From assembly GCA_049289415.1 (NCBI GenBank), contig JBATLR010000031.1, positions 1 to 54,247 of the forward strand: a stretch of 54,247 bases of DNA, given 5' to 3'. Source of the DNA: Nitrospirales bacterium (lineage in GTDB: Bacteria; Nitrospirota; Nitrospiria; Nitrospirales; UBA8639). A program made the position numbers and the translations under genes. Shown here in pieces: positions 20,017 to 30,304 of this stretch. The notes under the pieces were generated by a model. It did not search any database. It was not told the DNA's origin and saw nothing but the letters and a program-made list of their open reading frames with translations. How positions within the stretch are numbered: position 1 is the first letter of the stretch; every line of letters starts with the position of its first letter.

Positions 20017-21220
20017 TTTTCAGTACCGCGCCATCGACGCCCATGGGAAGCCGATTGAGGGAGAGATGGCAGCGCCGGATCTTTTCCACCTGGAACGCCA
20101 GCTCCAGGACATGGGACTCTGGCTCGTGCGCACATTGGAATCCAAACCGAAGTCCCTCGCACGAACCACTCGAAAAAGAGGGAGAGTCAAACCCCGCGAT
20201 CTCATGGAATTTTCCACACACATGTTTACCCTCCTCGAGGCCGGCATTCCCCTTACCCAGGCTTTAAAAAGTCTGTCGATCGAGACACCCAACCTTCATT
20301 TGCGTACGACCTTGCAGGCAATCTTTCAACAAGTCGAGGCGGGAAACACCTTGCATGATGCCATGAAGCAACACCCCAGAATTTTTCCTCCTCAAATCAC
20401 CAATCTGGTGCATGCCGGAGAAGACAGTGGCACCTTGACCGAGACCTTCAAAGAATTAGAACGATATCTGGATTGGCTCGATCAGATCCGTGGAGATGTG
20501 CGTCAAGCCACCATTTATCCGAGCATCGTCATGGCAGCGGTGATCGGATTACTGGTCTTGCTCTTTACGTTCGTCATTCCCCGATTTGTCCCTATACTGG
20601 AAGGTCTGCATGTGCCTCTCCCGACTATCACCATTCTCATCATCACCCTCAGTGAACTCTTTCTCGGGAGCTGGTGGCTCTGGAGTTCGTTCCTCCTGCT
20701 CGGCCCAATAGTGTGGATCCTGGGGCGAAAATCCCTGCCAGGATTTGCTCACTGGCGGGACCGCATGATCTTACAACTCCCGGTCCTGGGGGAACTTATC
20801 CGGATGCTCACGATATCCAAATTTGTTCAAAACTTTGCCGTCTTGTATCGAGCCGGCATCCCTGTTCTGCAAAGCCTGCAACTGTGCCAGGGCCTGGTGG
20901 GCAATTCTGTCATGGAACGGGCGCTACAGGACACGCAACGCGCCGTGTCCGAGGGCTCCACCATCAATGAATCATTAAGTCGTCATCCGGTCTTTCCACC
21001 AATGGTGATTCAAATGATCTCGGTCGGGGAGGCCACCGGGACATTACCCCACACACTCATGAATGTGGCGAATTATTATAATCGGGAAATTCCCCGCAGA
21101 ATCAAAAAAGTTTTTGGCATTCTCGAGCCCCTGATTACTCTGGGATTAATCGCGATCGTGGGAATCGTCGCGCTATCTCTCTTTATGCCCATGATGAGTT
21201 TAATGGGTGGAATCCATTGA
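20009..21220 (+). CDS. gspF: GspF/PilC/MshG inner-membrane platform protein
   Basis: AGEDSGTL, IYPSIV, VGEATGTL and LEPLI motifs with three TM segments. It overlaps the ATPase stop. Confidence 0.93.
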   Translation: MANFQYRAIDAHGKPIEGEMAAPDLFHLERQLQDMGLWLVRTLESKPKSLARTTRKRGRVKPRDLMEFSTHMFTLLEAGIPLTQALKSLSIETPNLHLRTTLQAIFQQVEAGNTLHDAMKQHPRIFPPQITNLVHAGEDSGTLTETFKELERYLDWLDQIRGDVRQATIYPSIVMAAVIGLLVLLFTFVIPRFVPILEGLHVPLPTITILIITLSELFLGSWWLWSSFLLLGPIVWILGRKSLPGFAHWRDRMILQLPVLGELIRMLTISKFVQNFAVLYRAGIPVLQSLQLCQGLVGNSVMERALQDTQRAVSEGSTINESLSRHPVFPPMVIQMISVGEATGTLPHTLMNVANYYNREIPRRIKKVFGILEPLITLGLIAIVGIVALSLFMPMMSLMGGIH

Positions 21221-22020
21221 CAGACTGCCTGGGCCACCCTGACGTCGCCTTACCTTCCCCACCCCCCCAACAGAATGCCTCTGACCCGGAAGCCGGAATG
21301 ACCCTCATTGTCTTTATCGGCTTGTTGGCGATTCTATCTATAGGGCTCGCTCTTGTGTCGCCCTCCATGGTCAGAGTCTGGGATCGAACGAGTGAAGACC
21401 GTGAAACCCGTGAACTTCAGTTCATCGCCAACGGTGTCATTTCGTATCTACGACAGAACCACGCGTTCCCCTCTTCGTTACCCATCCTTTCTCCTGACTT
21501 TGTGCCATTGCCTCCAGCCCAAATGACCCGAAACGCACGAGGATTCCCCCGCTATTATACGGTGCATCCCTCCATAGCCGGATTCCAAAACTCGACCGGA
21601 CTGACTGTCGGGGAACTCGTCAATGCCCGTTTTCTTCTCATATCCAATCTCGCACAAGATGCGGCCCCGGCCATCACTACACCCGCCACCTTTGAAACCT
21701 GGTGGAACATGAATGACAGCACGACTCCTCCACTCATTATTCATCGTGGGACGGTCAGCCATCTTTTTTATATGGTCAATGTTACCCCCAAGGGAAATGG
21801 GGGAAGTTTTGCCATTGATCACCAACCAACTCATTCCAACGGCGCGCTTCTTCCAACACATAGCCGCGTTCACCTTCTGGGCACGGAAATCGGTTTGGAC
21901 GAGGACAATAGCTATAACACCCCTGATATTGCATTCTCTCTCACCACCCATACCGGCTATTGGTTCGATCCCTTGTGCGTCGTCACCAAACGATGGAATC
22001 CTCTGCCTCCTCCCTGTTAG
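21217..22020 (+). CDS. Minor pilin-like protein lacking Glu5
   Basis: AG|MTLIVFIGLLAILSIGLALVSP class III-like signal and a C-terminal Cys pair. It is a paralog of the next gene. Confidence 0.8.
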   Translation: MTDCLGHPDVALPSPPPQQNASDPEAGMTLIVFIGLLAILSIGLALVSPSMVRVWDRTSEDRETRELQFIANGVISYLRQNHAFPSSLPILSPDFVPLPPAQMTRNARGFPRYYTVHPSIAGFQNSTGLTVGELVNARFLLISNLAQDAAPAITTPATFETWWNMNDSTTPPLIIHRGTVSHLFYMVNVTPKGNGGSFAIDHQPTHSNGALLPTHSRVHLLGTEIGLDEDNSYNTPDIAFSLTTHTGYWFDPLCVVTKRWNPLPPPC

Positions 22021-22300
22021 ACGGAAACATCCTCGAGACATTCTCGCTCCCTGACCCGGCAAAAAATCACCGTTTTTCCTCCTCCATAACCTGACTTCCG
22101 GCTGATCTTCCCGCCCCCGGTGATCCTCGCAAACCCGCCATGATCATTTGAAAAGATTAAGAAAATTAAGATTGGCTTATCAAGCACCGAAAGAAGGGTT
22201 GGTGGACTACCAGGCGGGATATGCCCGATGGAGAGAAGAGTACTCACACGCACCCCGAGACGGAAGCCTCGCAGAGAAGGAGCAAGACGGGATAGGACTC

Positions 22301-23218
22301 ATGGCAAGACGCAATGGCTTTCCTACTCAGGCCATAGGGCTCCATACGGCCTCGATCGCATTCGAGGCATGGCATCCCGGCACAAGCCTCCGGTCCACTC
22401 AGTGCGGTAAACCGAACGCCTTTGAAAGAATAGGCCAGAAATTTTCCGCATTATTTGAGACCTTACGATGTCTATCTACAAATGGATTTACGCTTGTGGA
22501 AATGATTGGCGTCATGGCAATTATCGCCATTCTTGCCAGTCTCATTGCGCCAAACGTGATCAATCAACTGGCCGCCGCGAAGCGGGATGCGGAGGATGAA
22601 CAATTGGCGACAATTGCTCGAGGGATTGAACTCTACGTTCGGCAGACCCGTTCATTTCCGGCAACACTCACCGCGCTGAGTCCGGATTATGTCGCGGCCG
22701 CGCTAGGACAACTCACCACGAACCCTAATGGATTTCTCCGCTATTACTTCGTGCAACCCAATATCAGTGGATTCACCAACGCCACAGGTCTCTCCACGAC
22801 GGCCTTGGCCGACGCACGATTTATGGTCATTACCCATCTATCCCAAAATGTGAATCCCTCTATTACCACGGATGCCGACTTTGAAACCTGGTGGAGCACC
22901 GATGAAACAGGAACACCGGATCTTAAAATTCATCGCGGGCACGTTGGCCATTTATTTCATCTCCTCAGCCTCTCGGCCAATGGGGCCGGAGGCAGTTACG
23001 CGGTCGATGGGAGCCCGACTGATTCCGGTGGCGGCACACTTGTGCCGCATAGTCGCTATCACTTCTCGGGAACCACGATTAGTTTGGACGAAGCGAATAC
23101 CTTTAGTGTTCCAGAAACACAATTCACCCTGACCAGCGAAGCCGGATTTCAATTCGACCCCGACTGCGCGACAGGATCCAAATGGCGAATCAACAGTAGC
23201 GGTTGCTATAGCCCTTAA
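22301..23218 (+). CDS. Minor pilin with a long leader
   Basis: NG|FTLVEMIGVMAIIAILASLIAP signal and a C-terminal Cys pair. The start was placed at ATG 22301 after TAGGA. Confidence 0.82.
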   Translation: MARRNGFPTQAIGLHTASIAFEAWHPGTSLRSTQCGKPNAFERIGQKFSALFETLRCLSTNGFTLVEMIGVMAIIAILASLIAPNVINQLAAAKRDAEDEQLATIARGIELYVRQTRSFPATLTALSPDYVAAALGQLTTNPNGFLRYYFVQPNISGFTNATGLSTTALADARFMVITHLSQNVNPSITTDADFETWWSTDETGTPDLKIHRGHVGHLFHLLSLSANGAGGSYAVDGSPTDSGGGTLVPHSRYHFSGTTISLDEANTFSVPETQFTLTSEAGFQFDPDCATGSKWRINSSGCYSP

Positions 23219-23222
23219 TACT

Positions 23223-24704
23223 ATGATCGACACCTCGCAATCACCCGCATCATTTGCCGACGCCCAGACACCTAGGCTGGAGATCCCACTGAACCTCCAG
23301 AAGACCCTGGCGAAGAAAAAACAGACGATTTTAAGCGTCAGCCTTTCAAATGGTCGATTGAAAGCCTTATCGATTGTGAAAAATACCATTGGACGGAGTT
23401 GGGAACGTCCAGGCCGGCACGTGTCCCTAGACACACTTCACGAAGCATTGGAAGAAGCGATTCACCACACCCAATTTCCCGGCACGCACCTCGCCATGCT
23501 CGTTGACCATCCGCGGCTTGCCTCCCGGACCATTCAAATCCCTCCGATGCTCCCCACTGACCTCCTTCCCTTTCTTGAACGAAAGGTCCAACAGGAAAAA
23601 CCCTGGGAGGGACCAGCGGCTTGGCGATATCAGATTGGCCTGGAAGCGCGAGGAAAATTACATATTCACCTTGATATATGGCCACAAGACTATATCGATA
23701 AGATCGTGCACATCTGCCAAGAGTTGGGCTTATCTCTTCGTCAGTTGGCTCCTCTGTCTACTCTGGCTGAGAGTCAACTCAGCACGTTGCCCGTCGAACC
23801 GGGAAAAGGGTCGATCCTGATAACCATGCTCGAAGGCAAAATCATGATTGTCGCAGGAAATGATGATGGAACCCCGATCTGGACTCGACATCTGTTCCCC
23901 GCTCAAGACTGGGTTCCACTTGGAGAGCGGGTCGGAACCGAGGCCAATCGAACGATCATGTTTCTCACACAACAAACAAATTTAAAGTTTCCCTGCATCT
24001 GGTTTTGGGACGATGAAGAACGATTAACGGCGGGTGAAATACAGCCACACGTGAACACTCCCCTCGTACCATACCCCATCAAGCCGGACTGGAATTACTG
24101 GCTGTGGGTCGGTGCGATGCTTCCGGTCCATCTGCACAGTAACTTCACACCCTCGCAGGTTCTCCAAGCCCCGCTACGAAATACCCTCACCAAGGCTTTC
24201 GTCGCCATGCTTGCGGTTTTCATTCTTTTCGGAGTCGGAACAACCAGTGTCATCGAAGGTTATTTGGCCAGACATCGCTTCGCGATGCAGACCATGACCG
24301 ACCATGTCACCGCCCTCCGGCAGGATCACGCGCAATGGGAAAGTCGCCTCATGTCGTTAGACACGAAACGGCAATGGGCTCAATCCGTCAGCGAAATCAC
24401 CACGCCGGAATTAGAAGGCCCGTTTCTCAGCTATCTGGGATCCATTATCCCCACCCAGGTCATCTTGCGCAAAGCCTTTGTGGAGCGAACCCAGGACGGA
24501 TGGAACGTGGAGCTGGACGGCAGCACTTCTACCAATCTTGCCGCCACATTGCTTGTGGTGGATCAATTCGTGCAAGAGCTGGCGGATGGACCATATCATG
24601 TGTCCCTGCATGAGGATTGGCGAGATCAACTCTTGACCCAAACCCCCACCCCAACCAATGAACGCCCGCTCTATCGATTCACCTTGAAGGGAACCATGTC
24701 ATGA
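23223..24704 (+). CDS. PilM/PilN-like (MshI-type) alignment protein
   Basis: Large cytoplasmic domain, one TM helix, a coiled coil and a PilN-like periplasmic domain (VELDG...YRFTLKG). The call rests on position and topology. Confidence 0.65.
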   Translation: MIDTSQSPASFADAQTPRLEIPLNLQKTLAKKKQTILSVSLSNGRLKALSIVKNTIGRSWERPGRHVSLDTLHEALEEAIHHTQFPGTHLAMLVDHPRLASRTIQIPPMLPTDLLPFLERKVQQEKPWEGPAAWRYQIGLEARGKLHIHLDIWPQDYIDKIVHICQELGLSLRQLAPLSTLAESQLSTLPVEPGKGSILITMLEGKIMIVAGNDDGTPIWTRHLFPAQDWVPLGERVGTEANRTIMFLTQQTNLKFPCIWFWDDEERLTAGEIQPHVNTPLVPYPIKPDWNYWLWVGAMLPVHLHSNFTPSQVLQAPLRNTLTKAFVAMLAVFILFGVGTTSVIEGYLARHRFAMQTMTDHVTALRQDHAQWESRLMSLDTKRQWAQSVSEITTPELEGPFLSYLGSIIPTQVILRKAFVERTQDGWNVELDGSTSTNLAATLLVVDQFVQELADGPYHVSLHEDWRDQLLTQTPTPTNERPLYRFTLKGTMS

Positions 24705-25288
24705 AGTGGCTTCGCCGCTTTGAGTGGCCCAATCCCCAACAGCTCAAAAACACGGCACTCGTGGTGCTACTGATTGGGACGTTATCCATTGTGGGCTGGG
24801 TGAGTCTGGATAAACTTTTCACCATTCAGAAGCGCCAATCGTTGACTCAAGATGCGATCGGCTTGGCACAACAGGTGTCGGAGCTTCGCTCTCAATACCT
24901 TCAGGCTCGTCCGGATGCGCTTGACACTCACCTCCAACTGGCTAAGCAACGCTTACTCCACAACTTCACCCATTTGGCGCAATGGGTGCAAACGCTTCAA
25001 AGCGACGGCAAACAGTGGAATCTCCTCATCCAGTATCGCATTCTGAGCACAGACCGCACCACCGCTCCAATCCAGGGAGTGACATTGGTCCCGTTGGAAA
25101 TTCAGGTCAACTCGCAGGGAAACCCCCATGCGTATCGTTCCTATCTTCAGTTCCTAAAAGCCCTGACCCGATCCGGACCAAGAGTCGACATTCAGAATGT
25201 GACGGTCCTGGGTGATGGTCAACAAGCCACCCATTTAACCATTGGATTGTCGGTATGGATGAAAACCAACGATTCCGTCGAGCTTTAA
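24701..25288 (+). CDS. PilO/MshJ-like alignment protein
   Basis: TM helix, coiled coil and a PilO-like segment (YRSYLQFLKAL...VDIQNVTV), with an ATGA overlap. Confidence 0.65.
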   Translation: MKWLRRFEWPNPQQLKNTALVVLLIGTLSIVGWVSLDKLFTIQKRQSLTQDAIGLAQQVSELRSQYLQARPDALDTHLQLAKQRLLHNFTHLAQWVQTLQSDGKQWNLLIQYRILSTDRTTAPIQGVTLVPLEIQVNSQGNPHAYRSYLQFLKALTRSGPRVDIQNVTVLGDGQQATHLTIGLSVWMKTNDSVEL

Positions 25289-25773
25289 AAAATCCCGTTG
25301 TCGCGATGGGTCTGTGCCTTCTCGCAGGCTTCGCGGTCTATACCAATATTGTGGATACGGCATCCGATGCACCCGGCATCATCTCGGTGGGACTGAATCG
25401 CCTACTTTCTGCTCCGACTCTCCCTCCCCTTACTCCTATAGAACGACCCCATGACCATGAGGCTGGTCAATGGATCGAACCGTCCAGTCGGGATCCTTTT
25501 GCCCCCATCGTGGTCGCATCTCACCCGCAATTGGATCCACCTTCAATGGAAGCAGACCAAACAGGGGAGCACCCACAGATGAGGAATGCGTTGACCCTTA
25601 AAGCCATTGCCATCGAAGCTGAGCAACGGAGTGCGGTGATCAACCGGACCGTCGTGTATGAAGGAGAAATGATTAACGGGCATCAGGTCCTGTCCATTCA
25701 GCCCAAAGGCGTGTGGCTCAAACATCAGGGCACGACCCAATGGTTAACATTTTCCAAGAAAGCAACGTCATAA
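25255..25773 (+). CDS. MshK/PilP-like protein
   Basis: TM helix, RDPF motif and an LKAI...SAVIN...EGEMING beta domain, immediately before the secretin. Confidence 0.65.
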   Translation: MDENQRFRRALKNPVVAMGLCLLAGFAVYTNIVDTASDAPGIISVGLNRLLSAPTLPPLTPIERPHDHEAGQWIEPSSRDPFAPIVVASHPQLDPPSMEADQTGEHPQMRNALTLKAIAIEAEQRSAVINRTVVYEGEMINGHQVLSIQPKGVWLKHQGTTQWLTFSKKATS

Positions 25774-25789
25774 CTACCCTCATCACTCT

Positions 25790-27400
25790 ATGAAAGACGA
25801 CATGCGCCACAACACCATAGTGATTCCTCAGACCTCCATGATCTCCAGTCGACCGTCCAACGGAGCATTTATCACATGTGGCGCGCGATTTTTTCAAAGT
25901 CTGGCTCTTTTGGGCATGTTCAGCCTATGGGGATGCACCGTCGCCAATCCAGATGCAGACCGGACAATCTCAGACGCCAACACCACACAGACTGCACAGA
26001 GACTTTCCCTAAGCTCAGATTTGGCGGCACCATCCGTGAACAACCCTCAGGCGACATTTTCACTGGAGGATCGCATGTTGCTCACCAGCGATCTTCCCAA
26101 GCCTCCGACACCGCCGCCTGCCCCTTCTTTGGGGCCCTTGTATTCGTTTCGCGCACAAGATCTGCCGATCATAGATGCATTGGCATTGTTTGCACGAAGC
26201 AACCATTTAAATATTGTGGCCGGACCAGACATCACCGGCACCATTACCGTGGATTTTCATCATCTGCCTCTGGAACAGGCGATGTCGGCCATTTTGGAGG
26301 CCCATGGGTATTACTGGGAGCACCACCAGAACCTGATCCAGGTCAGGCAATTCAAATCCAAAACCATGAATATCGATTACATCCGACTCGTCCGGGGAGG
26401 AGCCGGACAAAATCGCGCCCAACTCAATTCCGGGTCATCCGGCTCCGGCTCAGGAGGCACCCAGGATGCGGGACAAATTACTGTCAACCAACAGGACGAA
26501 ATCAAATTCTGGGAGGAACTCGAAAAGCAGATTCAAACCTTGATGTCGAAGGATGGACGGCTGGTCCTTAATCGTCTTTCGGGAACGATTCAAATTACTG
26601 ACTGGTACAAGCGAGTTGATGAAATCGATTACTTCCTTAAGAAAGTGCATCAAGCTCTCTATCGGCAAGTCGAAATTGAGGTCAGAATTTACGAAGTCAA
26701 TCTTAACGACAATTACAGTTTGGGCATTGATTGGTCAAAAATCAATTTTTTGGGGTCATCTGGAAATATCGCGATCGCGAACATTATTGCCCCCCCCTTC
26801 GTCCCCTTTGGAGGGTTTGCTTTTAAGGCGGCAACCACCACGATTTCCTTTGCTGACGGAAGCTTCGACGGCGTCCTCAAAGCCCTCCAGGAACAAGGTG
26901 ACCTGCGCGTAGTGTCCCAACCCCGGGTGGTCACCCTCAACAATCAACCCGCATTAATTAAAGTCGCCACGGATCAGCCATTTTTTACCCAAACCATTGC
27001 CCAAGGGACCTCAGGCACCGGCAATATTGTTACCGAACAAGCTCGGTCGGTGACGGTGGGATTGGTCCTTTCGGTCACACCTCAAATTTCCGAAGATGGT
27101 TGGATCATGATGGATATCACTCCAATTATCTCCCGGCTTCGTGACATTGCCACCTCCCCTAACGAAACCTCTACTGCTCCGGTTCTAGATGTCAAACAAT
27201 CCTCCGGGCTCGTTCGCCTCAAAAATGGAGAAATGGTGATCATTGGTGGTCTCATCCAAGAAGAATCATCGGAAACTGAACGCAAGGTTCCGATACTGGG
27301 GGATATTCCATACCTTGGCCGCCTGTTTAAAGGGACGTACACCGTCAAAACCAAAAGTGAATTAGTCATCTTTTTAACTCCCAAGATTGTACAGTCTTGA
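25790..27400 (+). CDS. mshL: MSHA-type secretin (lipoprotein)
   Basis: Lipobox LWGC, a Ser/Gly-rich N domain with FWEELEKQI, QVEIEVRIYEV, TLNNQPA and VPILGDIPYLGRLFK. Confidence 0.88.
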   Translation: MKDDMRHNTIVIPQTSMISSRPSNGAFITCGARFFQSLALLGMFSLWGCTVANPDADRTISDANTTQTAQRLSLSSDLAAPSVNNPQATFSLEDRMLLTSDLPKPPTPPPAPSLGPLYSFRAQDLPIIDALALFARSNHLNIVAGPDITGTITVDFHHLPLEQAMSAILEAHGYYWEHHQNLIQVRQFKSKTMNIDYIRLVRGGAGQNRAQLNSGSSGSGSGGTQDAGQITVNQQDEIKFWEELEKQIQTLMSKDGRLVLNRLSGTIQITDWYKRVDEIDYFLKKVHQALYRQVEIEVRIYEVNLNDNYSLGIDWSKINFLGSSGNIAIANIIAPPFVPFGGFAFKAATTTISFADGSFDGVLKALQEQGDLRVVSQPRVVTLNNQPALIKVATDQPFFTQTIAQGTSGTGNIVTEQARSVTVGLVLSVTPQISEDGWIMMDITPIISRLRDIATSPNETSTAPVLDVKQSSGLVRLKNGEMVIIGGLIQEESSETERKVPILGDIPYLGRLFKGTYTVKTKSELVIFLTPKIVQS

Positions 27401-28227
27401 TCATGACGACACTCGATCTTAGCCTCTGTTATCAAGAGTTGGGTTTTTCTGAACCCCCATTTCGCCTGACGCCGGATACCGATTTCTTTTTCCCCGGCAG
27501 CCACCATTTGGAAGCGCTGAATCATCTCCGATTTGGCATTGCCAGTGGTGGGCTCACCATGCTGACAGGAGAAGTGGGTCTCGGCAAAACCCTGTTGTGC
27601 CGGCACCTGCTTCGCCATCCGCCGACCGGGGTCCGGTTCGCTTACCTCATGAATCCGGATCAGTCCTATTCTGATTTACTTGTATCCATTTATGAAGATT
27701 TGACCGGGACACTGCCTGAGGATCAGTCCCTTGGGGCCTTACAACGGGAACTGCCTAAGCTGTTGCTCCGTCTGGCCGTGGAAGGAGAACGGGTCGTCGT
27801 ATTGGTAGACGAAGCCCATCGGCTCAGCGGAAAAGTCCTGGAAGGACTTCGGCTTCTCTCCAATCTGGATACCGAAAAAGATAAGTTGATGTGTCTCCTG
27901 CTGGTTGGACAACCGGAGTTGGAACAAAAGTTGGCGACTCGGGCCTTTCGACCATTGCGACAGCGCATTAGCATTCGCTATCGCCTTGAATCATTTACCT
28001 GGCAGGAGACTCGTGCGTATATCCGACACCGACTGCATATCGCCGATGCCAGACACCGATTTCATGTTGGTGCGGGAGTCCTCTGGCTCATTTATGCTTG
28101 GAGTCGTGGAGTCCCGCGCCGCATCAATCAACTGTGCGACCGGGCTCTGTTAGCCGCTTATGCTCAAGGCCGACATACGGTAACTCCCATGATGATCTGG
28201 CGCGCAACCAAAGAGTTTCTTCCGTAG
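27397..28227 (+). CDS. ExeA/GspA/MshM-family AAA ATPase
   Basis: PFRLTPD, Walker A GEVGLGKT, Walker B VLVDEAH, LVGQPEL and GVPRRIN. Confidence 0.9.
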   Translation: MIMTTLDLSLCYQELGFSEPPFRLTPDTDFFFPGSHHLEALNHLRFGIASGGLTMLTGEVGLGKTLLCRHLLRHPPTGVRFAYLMNPDQSYSDLLVSIYEDLTGTLPEDQSLGALQRELPKLLLRLAVEGERVVVLVDEAHRLSGKVLEGLRLLSNLDTEKDKLMCLLLVGQPELEQKLATRAFRPLRQRISIRYRLESFTWQETRAYIRHRLHIADARHRFHVGAGVLWLIYAWSRGVPRRINQLCDRALLAAYAQGRHTVTPMMIWRATKEFLP

Positions 28228-28255
28228 TGAGAGGATCACGGAAAACCAACAGACC

Positions 28256-29605
28256 ATGAGTATCATCGCAGACACCCTCCAGCGACTTCAGACACAGACC
28301 AAAAGTGAAGGGACTGAGACGACCCAGCAGGCACCCCTTGTCCTTCCAGCTAGAGTGAAAAGAGAACCGGGTTGGCACCGCCGACCCTCTCCATTAAAGT
28401 TTTGGTTGATCGGAATCGGCATGGCAATCGGATTGAGCTGTCTAGGCATGGGTGCCTACTGGATCGGCTTACATCTGGACTTCGGAATGCCAACGGAAGC
28501 CTCTTCTTTGCCCAGACAGCGTATGGCTCTTTTACAATCCCCTCCACTTTCGGAGACGCCACCTGCTGATTCGGTTTCTTTTGAAGGCACGCAGATACCA
28601 ACTGCTGATCCAGTTGAGAGCCTTCCAGTATCTGCTGCCCAGGAACCCGATGAGGAATCGCCCGCACCCCAAGTAGGTGCTTCAATGAAGCCATCCTCTC
28701 CATTGAAGGTCGAACATGCCCTCCCCACACAACCCGTGGGAGAAATTCCTGCCTCCCCCGCACCTGCAACACCATTAATAACCCCCACATCCGAAGACCC
28801 TCAACAGAAATCCACGGGCATATCCCTCTCAACGCCACACACAACAACAGACGTCGCACCGGACCAACCGAGCACTGATCCGAAGAAAATCGGAACCAGT
28901 CCTCCAGTCGCAGTCCTTGCCCAAACAGTACAGCCTGGTTCGGATTTTGTCGAAGTCGCATCCGCCAATGAGACAGGCACTCTCATCCCGTTAAAAGCCG
29001 ATTTAGAGGAAGAAAAAAACAATTTGGATGAGCTCACAACCACCACGTCTCTTCTGATTGACGAGCCTTCTGTCCCTGTCAACACGACAGCCCTGACTCT
29101 GAAAAACGAGGGGTTGCAGGTGAACCCTCAAAATACAGGTCCACCTCAGCGATCTCCAGCCAATTGGCTCCATCGCGCCCGAGAACTAATCCAAAACGGT
29201 GAATACAAAGAGGCACAAGCCATGCTTTCCCCCCTCTTCCATGATCCTCCCGTCACTTGGGAACCATGGTTTTGGATGGGAACGGCATATTTGGGGGCAG
29301 GCCAGCTTGAGCAGGCTGATCAGTATTTTTTGAGCGGCCTCGCACGTAACGACAAAGTTCCGCAATTGTGGATCCAACGAGCTTTGGTGGCCCAGCAACA
29401 AGGGAGCTTCCAACTTGCGGTGCATGAACTTCGGCAAGCCGAGGCACTCCAACCGGATTTACCCCATATCCATTTGAATATGGGCTATGCCTATGAGCGA
29501 ATGGGAAATAATCGGTTAGCGAATCAATATTTCGGTAGATTTTTACAATTAACAGAAGGCCAGCCGGAGTTCTTTGCCACTAGAAAAAAACTGTTTGCCC
29601 GCTAA
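28256..29605 (+). CDS. MshN-like TPR protein
   Basis: MSII-x2-TL-x2-L start, TM helix, long Pro/Thr-rich linker and C-terminal TPRs. Confidence 0.8.
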   Translation: MSIIADTLQRLQTQTKSEGTETTQQAPLVLPARVKREPGWHRRPSPLKFWLIGIGMAIGLSCLGMGAYWIGLHLDFGMPTEASSLPRQRMALLQSPPLSETPPADSVSFEGTQIPTADPVESLPVSAAQEPDEESPAPQVGASMKPSSPLKVEHALPTQPVGEIPASPAPATPLITPTSEDPQQKSTGISLSTPHTTTDVAPDQPSTDPKKIGTSPPVAVLAQTVQPGSDFVEVASANETGTLIPLKADLEEEKNNLDELTTTTSLLIDEPSVPVNTTALTLKNEGLQVNPQNTGPPQRSPANWLHRARELIQNGEYKEAQAMLSPLFHDPPVTWEPWFWMGTAYLGAGQLEQADQYFLSGLARNDKVPQLWIQRALVAQQQGSFQLAVHELRQAEALQPDLPHIHLNMGYAYERMGNNRLANQYFGRFLQLTEGQPEFFATRKKLFAR

Positions 29606-29688
29606 ACAGCCATGACCTGGACGCAGGCCTCCACAACAGCCCCCTTAACGCCTTTCGAGAGAACAATAATGACCGCCCCACGGGCAGA

Positions 29689-30014
29689 ACCTTAAAGGAA
29701 CTCGAAGAAATTGGAGGCCGGGCGTTTCTGGATTCCATGATTCAGAAATTCGTCGAGGATGCCCTACAATGCGTCACCCAAATCGAGGAGGCGATGGACA
29801 CCCCAACCTGACCCAATTGCATGAGGCCGCCCACCGCCTCAAGGGGATATCCCACAACATGGGCGCCGAGGCATTAGCACAATTGGCGGTCCAAATCGAG
29901 GCCATCTGCAAGGCCGGAGAGGGACCCGTTCTGGCTGACTGGGAAACCCAACTTCAAGACGCCTTTCAACAAACCCGAACCAAATTCGAGAATGTTTTTA
30001 CCAGAGCGAAATAG
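29689..30014 (+). pseudogene. Frameshifted orphan Hpt (histidine phosphotransfer) domain
   Basis: One frame reads TLKELEEIGGRAFLDSMIQKFVEDALQCVTQIEEAMDT and stops at 29809. The other continues PNLTQLHEAAHRLKGISHNMGA (Hpt signature). One extra C in the run at 29801-29804 would join them. Confidence 0.75.
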
Positions 30015-30136
30015 GGGAAAACGTTGATATAAAAAATCCTCGCTTTTGTGCTCCTCCCCACTTTTACCGCAAGACTCTTCCTCCAAACCATTCATTCCTG
30101 CTCCCGGCTTTTTCCCACGTCAAAAAGCACGTTACT

Positions 30137-30163
30137 TCAAGTTTCACTTGTTTTGACCGACAT
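30137..30163 (+). promoter_or_regulatory. Putative sigma28-like promoter
   Basis: TCAA-N15-ACCGACAT upstream of the REC-HD-GYP gene. Confidence 0.4.
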
Positions 30164-30304
30164 AAACAATGATAAATACCATCCCCAGGCGCGAAGAATC
30201 GCACAGGAATGGATGCAACAACTACCCAACCTTATGGTTGGCAGCCGTCAACCCGACCTCATGCTCGATGAATACGTTGATCCTTTGATGTCAGACGGAC
30301 TTCA

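Noticed and set aside
17508..29605. Interpretation as a classical type II secretion system
   Set aside because: There is no GspC or GspG/H/I/J/K set. The secretin architecture and the following AAA ATPase and TPR genes match MSHA-type loci better.
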